A DNA stretch of 64,000 nucleotides, taken from Macrostomum lignano. Lineage: Eukaryota. This document shows positions 52,363-64,000 of this stretch, in pieces. Position 1 is the first letter of the stretch. Each line of letters starts with the position of its first letter. Made by a program: the position numbers and the translations under genes. The notes beneath the pieces are model-generated. The model saw nothing but the letters and a program-made list of their open reading frames with translations, was not told the origin of the DNA and ran no database searches. Where the stretch lies: the NCBI GenBank assembly GCA_002269645.1, contig NIVC01001685.1, positions 1 through 64,000 on the forward strand, written 5' to 3'.

Positions 52363-55300
52363 ATGCGATTCCTGGAATGGCTGCTGAATTTCGTAGGCGC
52401 CTACTGCATGCCCGTGTTCGAATCCGGATCTGACGCAGAGCTTTTGGATAAAATTCTCATTACGGCGATATTTTCGAACGACCTAAATACGATCCATAAA
52501 TTTGTTTTCCGTGCAAGAAGTGTCGACAAGGTTGTATCATTATATGGAAAGAATTTGACGCTCGCGATGGTGGCAAGTATGTTTGGCAGACACGAAGTAT
52601 TAGCAATACTAATTGCAGCAAAAGCGAATCTTGATGAAAAAACTAAAGACGGAATTACAGCACTGCTAATTGCATCCCAGCTAGGACATGACGAAGTTGT
52701 TGACTTACTTATCAAAGCACAAGCCGACGTCAATCTTCAAGACTCCGAAGGCTACTCACCTCTCTACATTGCATCATATAATGGTCATCACAAAGTAATT
52801 GAGTCACTCATCAAAGCACAGGCCGACGTCAATCTTCAAGCAAACACTGGTTACGCACCTCTCCATATTGCATCACAGAATGGTCATCACAAAGTAATTG
52901 AGTCACTCATCAAAGCACAAGCGGACGTCAATCTTCAAGACTTTGAAGGCTTCTCGCCTCTCTACATTACATCACAAAATGGTCATCACAAAGTAATTGA
53001 GTCACTAATCAAAGCACAAGCCGACGTCAATCTTCAAGACCTTGAAGGATGCTCGCCTCTCTACATTGCATCACAGAATGGTTATCACAAAGTAGTTGAA
53101 TCACTCATCAAAGCACAAGCCGACGTCAATCTTCGAGACTTTGAAGGCTGCTCACCTCTGAACATTGCATCTCAGAATGGCTATCACCTAGTAATTGTGT
53201 CACTCATTAAAGCACAAGTTGACGTCAATCTTCAAGACTTTAAAGGATGCTCGCCTCTCTGCATTGCATCACAGAATGGTCATCACAAAGTAATTGAGGC
53301 ACTCATCAAAGCACAAGCAGAAGTCAATATTCAACTCAACACTGGTGAGTCACCTCTGTACATTGCATCACAGAATGGTCATCGTAAAATAATTGAGTCA
53401 CTCATCAAAGCACAAGCAGAAGTCAATATTCAACTCAACACTGGTGAGTCACCTCTCTACATTGCATCACAGAATGGTCATCGTAGAATAATTGAGTCAC
53501 TCATCAAAGCACAGGCCGACGTCGATCTTCAAGCAAACACTACCAATTCACCTCTGTACATTGCAGCTGCAAAAGGTCATCACGAAGTAATTGAGGCACT
53601 CATCAAAGCACAAGCTGAAGTCAATATTCAACGAAACACTGGCGAGTCACCTCTCTTCATGGTGTCTGCAAATGACCATGAAAAAGTAATTGACTCCCTC
53701 GTCGTAGCACAAGCAGACGTCAATCTTCAAGACTTTGAAGGATGCTCGCCTCTCTACATTGCATCACATAATGGTCATCACAAAGTAATTGAGTCACTCA
53801 TTAAAGCACAAGCCGACGTCAATCTTCAAGACTTTGAAGGATGCTCGCCTCTCTACATTGCATCACAGAATGGTCATCACAAAGTAATTGAGTCACTCAT
53901 TAAAGCACAAGCCGACGTCAATCTTCAAGACTTTGAAGGATGCTCGCCTCTCTACATTGCATCACATAATGGTCATCACAAAGTAATTGAGTCACTCATT
54001 AAAGCACAAGTTGACGTCAATCTTCAACAGCACCAAGGCTACTCACCTCTACACATTGCATCTATAAAAGGTCATCACAAAGTAACTGAGTCACTCATCA
54101 AAGCACAAGCAGAAGTCAATATTCAACTCGTCACTGGTGAGTCACCTCTTTACATTGCATCACAGAATGGTCATCACAAAGTAATTGAGTCACTCATCAA
54201 AGCACAGGCCGACGTCAATCTTCAAGCAAACACTGGCAATTCACCTCTCTACGTTGCAACTGCGAACGGTCATCACAACGTAATTGAGTCACTCATCAAA
54301 GCACAAGCCGACGTCAATCTTCAACAAAGCACTGGCGAGTCACCTCTGTACATTGCAGCTGCAAAAGGTCATCACAAAGTAATTGAGTCACTCATCCAAG
54401 CACAAGCTGAAGTCAATATTCAACGAAACACTGGCGAGTCACCTCTCTACATGGCGTCTGCAAATGGCCATGAAAAGGTAATTGACTCCCTCGTCGTAGC
54501 ACAAGCAGACGTCAATCTTCAAGTAAATACTGGCGAGTCACCTCTTTTCATTGCATCGCAAAATAGCCATCACAAAGTCCTTGACTTGCTGGTCAAAGCA
54601 CAAGCCAACGTCAATCTTCAACGAAGCACTGGTGAGTCACCTCTCCTGTGTGCATCTGCAAAAGGTCATCAGAAAGTAATTGAATCACTCATCAAAGCAC
54701 AAGCTGACGTCAATCTTCAAGCAAAACAAGGCGAATCGCCTCTTTTTTTTGCATCACAGAATGGGCATCACCAAGTAATTGAGTCACTCATCAAAGCACA
54801 AGCCGACGTCAATCTTCAACAAAGCCATGGCGGATCACCTCTCTACGTTGCATCACAAAATGGTCATCTAAAAGTAGTTGACTCACTCATTAAAGCACAA
54901 GCAGACGTCAATCTTCGAGTAAAGACTGGCGAATCACCTCTCTTCATTGCATCACAGAATGGTCATCACAAAGTAATTGACTCACTCGTTAAAGCACAAG
55001 CAGACGTCGATCTTCAACAAAACCATGGCGGATCAGCTCTGTACGTTGCATCACAGAATGGTCATCACAAAGTAATCGAGTCACTCATTAAATCGGAAGC
55101 AGACGTCAATCTTCAGCGAAACAATGGCGAGTCACCTCTCTACGTTGCATCACAGAATGGTCATCACAAAGTTATAAAGGCACTCATTAAAGCAGAGGCC
55201 AACGTCAGTTTTAAGACAGTTGGTGGCAGCTCACCTCTTGACGTTGTGGTACAGAATGGCCACATTCTGGTCTTGGATCTGCTTCTTCACGCCTGTAACG

Positions 55301-57569
55301 CGGAGTCTCACCATGATATTCTTAAGGCCGCATTGAATCGATCTCGGATAATCGGAAATAAAGTGGCCTCTCGGATGCTGATTCAAGCTATGAGTAATGG
55401 TTACTGGCAACTTTCAATGCCGACCGTTTCTAAAAGGTAAATCAATGTTGCTAAGATCATTATTTTTATGGTTGGGTTTGTCTTCTGTTGAGCTTGTAAA
55501 GCGGTGTTTCATGATTTTTTAAAACGTCTTTCTATGCTTTGCCATCGGTAAAAGTTCTGGTTGAGTAATGCTTTTATTTAGCTACATATGCTATGATGTA
55601 TTAAATGCGCTGGCTGCCACGCTTTTTTGCATGTATAACTTTTACCTTTTAGTACAAAACGAAAAAGTCCGATATATATGTGTAACTAACTAGACAAAGA
55701 GATCCCGTTGTGCTTAACCCTCAGAGTCACCCGCAGCGACGCAGAGCTGAGCCAGCAGCTGCACCAAGCACTCAATCAGTCGGGATTCGTGGACTCCAGA
55801 GCCGCCTTGCAGAGCGCCGTGGCTGATACGCTGCAGGGCATTCTGAGGAGAAGACTTGACCATAATGATTTATTCGTTGTGGGTAGCTTCTCTGAGGGCT
55901 GGGGCAACAGCCTGGCTACTCTGGATGGCAGAACTGACCCTGACTCCGACATCGATGTGTTGCATCTAGTCTCAGGAAGCAACATCCATCTGAGAGATCT
56001 GTGCAAGTGCGATGTACCGGAGCTTGATACAGTGAAGTACAGCAATGGACACGTGTTGTATCCCGGATACGGTGAGAGCGATTTCCTATATGTCCTGACA
56101 TAAGATAGGTACAAATATTTTACTGTGTAAAATTTATTACAAATGTCAACTGCATTACTAGCGCATTGCGCTTTGAAAACTCGATCTACTGTTCCGAATC
56201 AACGGTTGCAGCATCCAAGCCATCGGTGCCACTGGATAGGTTTGGGCTGAGACCGGCCTTTGACAACGTTGACGCCCGACGCCTCTGCTGCTACCCGCCC
56301 ATTGCGCCGCTACTCAACAACCGAGTCTCCGACTCAAACATCCCCCAGTCCGTGCTGCAGTCGCTCCAGCATCTCCTCACCTCTGCCTCATCGCCCTGTC
56401 ACGTGGTGCACGCAGCTGCTCCCGGAAAGGAGGGCAAGCAGCTCCGAGTGAGCACCAGCTTCCTGGAGAGGCGGCTGCTGCGGAGTCTCACCACTCTGCA
56501 GGGCCAGCTGTTCGTCACGCTCAAGTGGCTGCTGAAGAAGGCCGTCCGACACGACGGCTTCAAGTCGTATCACGCAAAGACCATCGCGTTCCGAATGCTG
56601 GAGGAGACACCGGCCGAGCAGTGGAGCGACACTCGGAATCTCGTGAGTCTCGCGAGACGCTCGCTGCAGATGCTTGAGAGCGACTGCAGATCAGGCGGAC
56701 CTGACGCCAGGATCATGGACCACTTCTTCCTTCGCGATGCCGCTGTGTACCTGAGAGGCGTGGACACCAGCACATCGGCTGAGAAGGTGAGCGAAGCCTT
56801 GAGTCAGGCAGCCGATGCAGTGAGAGATGTGATCGATAGGCTGCCTGAGCTGCTGCTGGAGTTCGAGGACAGCCTGCGACCCGTCACCGACTCGGGCCGA
56901 TTCCACTTCCACCCGTTCCTCATTCTGCCTATCATTGAAGCTGATGTACCTGTGTCACAAGCGAAGAAAATCGAGTACCACGAGATCTACGACGTCGTGA
57001 GAGAGTCGGTGCTCCGTGTGTCAGACCGAGACCGAAGCCCAGAGTCCCGACAGCGTCTCTCGGAGCTGATCGGCAAGCTGCCAGACTGCGCCCGCTCGGC
57101 GCGAGAGTCTCTGAGGGCGCTGAGCTGCCTGAAGTTCGGCGACAGAGAGGCTGCAGCGAAAGTCGTGAGCGACTGCAGGCAGTTCAGGGCGAGTAGAGGC
57201 ATCGACTGGTCCGCTGAGAGATCGGCGAGTGAGGCGACTGCGGACTTCGTGATGCAGCACCTGAGGAGCCGAGACTCTGCGTGGAAGTTCTGCTTTAAGT
57301 TTGACGAGCAGCCTAGACTGCCATTTGCAAGCCAGTTTGTTGATTTGGAGTTCTTTTCTTTCCGGATGCAAAACAACCGAGCTTACGTGAACTTTGATGC
57401 CGTGCTAAATGTACTTCGCCTGAACCTGCCTGGAGTAGTAGACTATATAAGTGAAGACTGGATCCGGGATGTGGCTCAAATGGAGGATGCGGATGAGTTG
57501 GAGTTACGTGTGGCTTCACTTTTTATCGCAACTTATTTGTTGAGTCGTCGCATTGCGCTGCGATTGTGA
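52363..57569 (+). CDS. Ankyrin-repeat (28x) plus cGAS-like/Mab-21 nucleotidyltransferase (cGLR) fusion, ~1592 aa
   Basis: Exons 52363-55436, 55725-56071, 56212-57569 join in frame (AG|GTAAAT..CTCAG|A phase 2; G|GTGAGA..TGCAG|CA phase 1; 4779 nt). NTase motif GSFSEG..DSDIDV, third acidic residue in AFDNV, and Mab-21 motifs [33 protein letters not shown]. The start could alternatively be ATG 52408. Confidence 0.8.
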
Positions 57570-58089
57570 ATTTCTGTTCACTGACAAAAATTTCTATCAT
57601 CAACGATTCAAATAGCGGTCAGGATGCTGGTCTTCATCCTGCATTGTGGTCACTAATTCAGGAGTTGCATATAATTGCTTAAAATCAATAATTAAAAGCA
57701 TAATATGCATAATGTATTTTTTTGTTAATGACATTTTGGCATCCTTCTCTTCACTATCCTAAGCTTGTTTCTTGTGACGAAAATTCCACAATGCACAGTT
57801 GAGACGAGAACCGCGAGCGTATTAGGAATTGCGTCAACTAGAGCTGAGAGCTGAGAATAATTCAAACCATTGGCTTCGGGGTGGAAACTTTAACATGTTC
57901 CCTGGGTGTATCAAGGTTAACCGGTAACCAGTTTGCCGAATGCTTATTTCACGGCTTTTCACATGCTTATTAAAATTCTAAAATGGAATACTCGTACAAG
58001 TCGTGTAATTTGTTCATTTTATATGAAAACAATAATACTATATCAAAAATTATTTTAAAATCCAACTAGCTGACAAAAATTTCGTTAGC

Positions 58090-58305
58090 TATAAGGGCAG
58101 AGAGGCGGCCTTAAGGAGGCAGATAGGCAGACTCAAAAGGCAGAGAGGCAGACTCAAAAGGCAGAGAGGCGGACTCAAGGGGGCAGAGAGGCAGACTTGA
58201 TGGGGGCAGAGAGGCAGACTTGATGGGGGCAGAGAGGCAGACTTGATGGGGGCAGAGGGGCAGACTCGATGGGGGCAGGGAGGCAGACTCAATGGGGGCA
58301 GAGAG
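58090..58305. repeat. ~23-bp tandem repeat GGGGGCAGAGAGGCAGACTTGAT
   Basis: Directly visible tandem array. Confidence 0.85.
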
Positions 58306-58362
58306 ATGTATATGACGAGTTCCTATTAAAAGCTTTCAATAAACTCAATCTAAGAGTAACTA

Positions 58363-59640
58363 CGAGGGGCACTATTAAAGTTCTGAGCCTCAATATGAAA
58401 GAGAGGAGATATGGGCAAAGTGAGATCAGCTTTTCTCAACATAGTCTCCCCCAACCAAGCTGCACTTATGGCATCTTGATCGCAGCGCCTCAATGCCACT
58501 CTGGAAGAATTGCACCGAGCAGCCTCAAACCAAGCAGTTGCAGCATCCTTTAGCGCATCATCAGTGTCAAATCGCTGTCCACGGAGCGCCCGCTTGAGAT
58601 GTGGAAACAGGTGGAAGTCGCTCGGGGCCAGGTCCGATGAATAGGCCGGGTGCGGCAGCTCTCGGAACCCTGCGACACTGACAGCAGCCTTGGCAATCCT
58701 GCTGGTGCGGGCCGGTGCATTGTCGTGCAGCAGCACAACACCTCGGCTCAGCATCCCTCGCCTATTTTCCTTGATTGCCTCGCGCAGACGGGCGATCAGG
58801 TCAGCGTAGTAGGCGCCTGTGACTGTCTGCTTGTGCAGTAGAAAGTCCAGCAGCAACGGGCCCTTGGCATCCCAGAAGACGGTCAGCATAATCTTGCCCG
58901 CACCGCATGCAGTCCGTGCCTTCAGTGGTGCAGGTGAACCAACTGGCAGCCACTGCTTGGACTCGGGATCGTGGTGATGGATCCACGTCTCATCCCCGGT
59001 CACGCAGCAGGACAGAAAGTTGGCAGGGTCTGGATCGCAGGATTCCAGGACAAGCTTTGAGTACTGCACCCGTGCGGTCTTTTGGTCCCTTGTCAAGATT
59101 CGTGGGATCCATCTGGCAGAAACCTTGGACAGATGAAGATGCTGGTGCAGGATCTCAATGAATTGTGGGTCAGAGTCTAGTGTATGCTGCAAGTGCCCTG
59201 ACTTTCACCCGCTGGTCACTGTCAACCAGAGTCTGGATGCGCTGGATGTTGTCGGCAGTGAAAGCATTCCGGGGTCGTCCACATCGGGGGTCATCTTTGA
59301 GCGAGTCGCGGCCACGCTTGAACTCGGCTGCCCAGCGCTTGATGGTGGGGTATGAGGGGGCAGCGTCAGCGTACACACTCTCCATGCGGCTTTGAATTTC
59401 AGCAGGCTTTGAGCCCTCCAGAGTCAGAAATTTAATCACTGCCCTGTGCTCAAGCTTCAATTCTTGAGAAAATGCCATGGGGTGCTGGAAATAAAATGGT
59501 GCAGTGGGGCTTAGGGAATGCAGAAAATTCTGAATAGTTGACAAAAGACTATTGACATGTGGCACTTTTAGAGCCTAAAGTTTCAACATTTTGCCACTAT
59601 AAGATCTTGGTCAGGCTCAAAACTTTTTTAGTGCCGCTCG
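58363..59640 (-). mobile_element. Full-length but inactivated mariner (1278 bp; irritans-like), transposase remnant 58426-59478
   Basis: TA TSD at 58361-58362 and 59641-59642. 28-bp TIRs with 4 mismatches. Motifs WIPRILT, TGDETW, HDNAP, SDLAPSDF. Stop plus frameshift at ~59170, a second frameshift at ~58520, and a small deletion after DPESKQ. Confidence 0.93.
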
Positions 59641-59978
59641 TAAGACTAAAACTTTGTGATTAACTCCGTCAAACTTTAAAACGCCAAGTAAATCGTTTGA
59701 AGTTGTATAAGTTCGCGTAATCACATTATTCACAACTAGACGACATAATTATTAGTTGGTCTAGTTAGAAGTTACGAAAAATGACATGCTTCAGCAGCAA
59801 ATATCGTTATAATAAGATGAACTTTTTATGCTATGTAAGGTCCATGCTTACTTTTCTTTAAAAAATTGACGGTTTATCTTAAAAAATAGAAAAATTGATT
59901 GTTCTCTTAAAAAAGACGGTTTTCAAACCGGTTAATTGGTTCTCAAAAAGGCACGGTTTTTGGCATCCCTAATCAAGG

Positions 59979-60892
59979 TGAAGTAGAACGTTGTTTTCTT
60001 CCCGGTTTAGGCGCTTAAGACTCGAGCCTCTTCAGTGGGAAGTTCTCTCAACTCTCAGTAGCGTAGGTAGTGCTGCCACCAGTTCCTTCAGGTCTCGGCC
60101 TTCGATGAGGTGAACTTCCCGTCCGAACGAAATAACGAAGTCAACGAACTCAGCACCGGGTGCAGATTTGCAGTTCAACGTACAAGGCGTCTCGTCATCA
60201 GCACCTGCCGGGCTGGGTTGGTACAGGGAGGGCTGCGTTAGCCTCTCGTAGGCTTGGGTGTGCTTTAGTAGAGTCTCAGACAGACCAATTGGAAGAGAAC
60301 TTAACGCACACAGACGGGCTGACACTCGGTCTCAGACTTAGAAACTGGGAACTCAGGATCTCAGAAAACTGGAAGCTCCTTGACGGAAACAAGGGGGAGA
60401 GGGGTCCTATTTATAGCTGGGAAACACCCACGCAGAAGACCTCGTGACTCGTTCTATTTTTAGAACTGACGTCACTTGAGGGTCCCCCGGCAGAGTGCAC
60501 ATGGCTGTGACTCAGTTGCTATTTTTAGAAACATGAGTCACTCCTCTCGTTAGATAAGGGAGGGGACCGAAAGCATGTGACTCACCCGGTAAACAGGGCC
60601 AGCGAGTGCAGTAAACATGTTTACTGCACTTTAAGACTCGAAGAACTCAAGAACTGTCATGTGACTAGCTCACGAGACAGGGAAAACGGGACGGAAGCGA
60701 AACAGAGACAACCAACAGCAGAGAAGCTGAAGGCTGAGAACAGAGACGCAAAGGGAGCGCAAAAGGGACAGGAGCAGACAGACAAGGGAGCGGGAAGCTG
60801 ACCAGCGGCAGACAGCAACCCACAGAGGGGCGAGAGCAAGGGCGACTGCTGACAAAGGGCGACGCCTAACAATAAACTAGCGGCTCACTACA
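59979..60892 (-). mobile_element. Solo LTR (914 bp)
   Basis: TG..CA termini (TGAAGT / ACTACA, weakly inverted). 4-bp direct repeat AAGG at 59975-59978 and 60893-60896. TATA-like CTATAAATAG on the minus strand at 60407-60416. Orientation is tentative. Confidence 0.65.
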
Positions 60893-62601
60893 AAGGCATC
60901 AATACCTTCTCATTATTCCATTCGGAATGGAATGGAATGGAATCACTGCGTGTCTGTCTGGTTCCGACATCTCTCTGTCTGTCTGTCTGCGTGTGACTCA
61001 CCCCATTGTATCTTTCTATGTCTATGTGCGTTCCACTACCTTCCCTCTACGAAGCTCGGGGCGTACCCACCCCAAATACACTGCCATAAAGGTGCCTCCC
61101 ACTCTGCTTTGGAATTGCAACTACCTTTCCGGTATCTCTGCAATTCTCAGTTCAGCAGAGCCAACTGTTTCGTGCTACAAGCCAGCCTTTGCAGTTTGCC
61201 TTTCGAAGTTATTACAATTCTTAGTTCTCTTTAGTAGACTACTGTTTTAGTTGGTAGAATCCTACCACCTGGTTCCTGATATATTCGCTAATCACAGTAT
61301 TTAGATATTGTATTTTATTATGTTATATGCGATACTAAATATTAAAGAATCAAAACAGGAAACCGTAAGATTTATTTACTCAAAATATGTAAAACAGAAA
61401 AATGATGGAATAGGCATACAATCGTTTTTAGAATATTCTAATATTGATCTTACCCTTATATTCTTTTAAGTTAGAATTCTGTTTAAGACTGAAAACCGAC
61501 TTTAATTGTTATGCATTTTTGTTAAAACGAGGTGCCGTCGAAACCGGCGCGGGTCATTTCCGAAGAACTCTGCCGCAGTATTGCTTTATTTGATCGATAA
61601 AGTTAAAATATTTACAAGATTTCGATCGGAAAATTTATACGAATATCAATAAATAAATAAAACTATTTTGTTAATACTTTGTAGTATTTAGCACATTTAG
61701 GGATAAAAAAAGAGGGAAGAGGAATCCCGCACACAGAAGGGATCTGAAAAAATGAGGAAATATAATAATACGTACCAGAATATTGACTTGATATATATTA
61801 AGGCAAGAGCATCAGCCCTATATTCGAGCGCTCACGCTATTTTTTATACTTAATTGTCGAATTTCGCGATGTCAAAATGATTTCACGATACTCCAATTTT
61901 TATACTAATCCTGATACAGTTTAATTTTGGCTGTTTTTTACAACTTTTTTTACATTTTTACAACTTATAAGGAACACCCAACTACACGATCTATCCCTGC
62001 CATAATTATTCCCTAAGCTAAAACTACTGACAGTAGTGTAAAAGCATATCTGTATTTTTTGGTTTTTTTTCTTTATGTTTTGCTTTATTTATTGTTAATT
62101 TTCGAATTCATTCAAATAACTGGATAGTAATCTCTGCAGGCATATAAAACTCTGCTGGCCATTGTCGTGCCCAAGCTGTATAAAAAACCTGCATCTTCTT
62201 AACGATTTTTTACGATTGCTGCTGGCTATAATAATTAATCTCAGATGCTCTATTGATGCGAGAAAGTAAACACAGTTGCCTGCCTTAAAAAGTTTCTTTC
62301 CAAAAAAGTTTTAATACGATGTAATATCTTGTTCATTTTCGCTTTGCGTCCGGCTAGGTACTTGTAATACTACTACTGTTACTACTACTACTACTACTAG
62401 TACTACTACTGCTACTACTACTGCTGCTGCGACTACTACTACTACTACTTACTACTTACTACTGCTACTACTACTACTACTACTACTGTTACTACGCTCG
62501 TAATAAGAGCTACTATATTTATGTAGTTATTATTAGGCCAGCAGGGCACTGCAATCCGCAGCCAATGCTTCTAATTCGTCACTTTTCCAGCCTCCCCACG
62601 A

Positions 62602-63879
62602 ATGTTCGCCTCAATCTGGCCGGCAATTATCGGATTAGTTTTGCTCCCACTGCTCAGTGCTAAATTGGAAGAATATTCCTCAGTCTCCAATGATTTTTTA
62701 AGGCCAAATATATGGCCAAACGGCAGCCACGTGCTTCAAGCTGGCAGTGACGTCACTTTCCAATGCTCCGGCCAAGCAGCAGCCAATCGGCGATGCTCGA
62801 ATTTGACTCTGCTGTACTCACCAAGGGGATCTGATTGGCAATCTGCCAGCACTACTGAGCTGCTGATGATAAATCACTCATGCCGGAATCATTCTTTAGC
62901 GAGTTTTCTGCTCAGCAATGTGAGCACATTCGGCGGCTACACCGGCTGGTATTGGTGCGGCTGCACTTTTACTGCCGCTGACTCTGCGAACGTCTCTACA
63001 AGTCGGCTGTGGGTTTTGAGTCACCCCACCAGACTTTTGGTTGGCTGTGAGTGACGGGTTTGGAAGACAGATAGACAGACATACTAAAAAACAAACGCTA
63101 AAACAGACAGACACACAAAGACAGACAGTGCCAGAAAGTCAGATAGACGGGTAGGTAGGTAGTTAGGTAGGTAGGCAAACAGACAGACAGCCAGCTAGAT
63201 AGGTAGGTAGGCAGTTTGACTGGTAGACAGAAAGACACTCAGACACTCACACAGACAGACAGACAGACAGACAGACAGAAAGAGACACACAGGTAGACAG
63301 GCAGACAGACAGGCAGACACTAAGGCAATCAGAGCTGACACCAGTTGTCTGTCTATCTCTCTATGACAGAATCGCACGCAGACATTCGCACAAGGCAGAC
63401 AAAAGCAAAGCTAGCAACAAAGCTCGCATATTTAAATACCCGAGCGCATTATCCTTCGATGTTTCCAGCAAAGCCTCGCGCTGCGAACCTCAGTTTCTAT
63501 TGGCTAGACCGAAAAGTTTTGAGTTCAAAAATTCACCCGGCCCCATCCTTCATCGCCAATGCCAGTGGAGTTCCGCCTGAGCTGGGCGGTTCAGTCTCAA
63601 TACGGCTCCATTATTATCTGGGGTAAGTCAGAGCCACTGTGCAGATGTAGTGCTTTCTGCCATAGACCAAACTGACTGTACAAAGCGACTCAATTTGCAG
63701 AGATAAGCAGGGCGATTGCGATAATTACAATGACAGGACAGGTGTCTGCGACTGGGGCTTGGAGCTGGCTCAGAGCTCTGTGTACATATTTAAATATCGG
63801 GTCAATGTGACTCTGACACTGTGCAATCAGCTGCAATGGTGCAGCACTCAGCTGTATGAGTTTGATTTGCGGGATAAAG
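62602..63879 (+). CDS. 5' part (3 exons, runs off window) of a secreted/receptor protein with signal peptide, Ig domain and FN3/cytokine-receptor-like module
   Basis: Exons 62602-63046, 63382-63622, 63701-63879 are phase-compatible. Hydrophobic leader, VLQAGSDVTFQC..YTGWYWC (Ig), then GDC..GVCDW..YRVNVT..NQL..YEFDLRDK resembling the first cytokine-binding FN3 of gp130-type receptors. Confidence 0.6.
63060..63330. repeat. (AGAC)n/(AGGT)n tetranucleotide tract in intron
   Basis: Directly visible. Confidence 0.85.
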
Positions 63880-64000
63880 GTGAGATAAAGGTGTTCCATA
63901 AGTTTGGCTTTTGCGATTTTTGCATATATTTTATTGTTAGGTAGATGATGTGAGATCATTCAGGCAGCACTGGGATCATTCAGGCAGCACTGGGATCATT

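Noticed and set aside
58309-58332. TGACGAGTTCCTATTAAAAGC, resembling a second degenerate mariner TIR 50 bp outside the element
   Set aside because: Too short and diverged to distinguish from chance.
57900-59970. Possible older TIR element (GGTTAACCGGTAACC .. GGCATCCCTA) hosting the dead mariner
   Set aside because: The two ends do not form convincing inverted repeats and there is no TSD.
60032-60325. 97-aa minus-strand ORF
   Set aside because: Lies within the putative solo LTR, has a non-ATG start, and shows no recognised domain.

Overview
Eukaryotic (animal) genomic DNA with GC-rich spliced exons and AT-rich introns that almost all carry their own minisatellite. The style and gene content point to a free-living flatworm such as Macrostomum lignano (inference, not searched). 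Gene models were built by hand from the ORF track plus GT-AG sites with phase checks. In order: a 4-exon tandem MSP-domain gene (+), an intronless universal stress protein (-) head-to-head with an intronless myosin essential light chain (+), a complete 22-exon PI4KA (10700-40077, 2201 aa), EBP2/EBNA1BP2, an FKBP4/5-type immunophilin with an in-frame TAA, a ~1590-aa protein joining 28 ankyrin repeats to a cGAS-like (Mab-21/cGLR) nucleotidyltransferase, and the 5' part of an Ig+FN3 gp130/Domeless-like receptor. Mobile DNA includes a hAT MITE with an 8-bp TSD, a tRNA-SINE, a decayed PHD-FLYWCH Mutator-like element, a CCC..GGG TIR element, one intact and one dead mariner, and a solo LTR with a 4-bp TSD. 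Best candidates for new biology are the ANK28-cGLR sensor with DARPin-like variable positions, the stop-containing FKBP exon bracketed by inverted minisatellite arrays, and a possible trans-spliced gene cluster. No database searches or alignments were run; family calls rest on recognised motifs.
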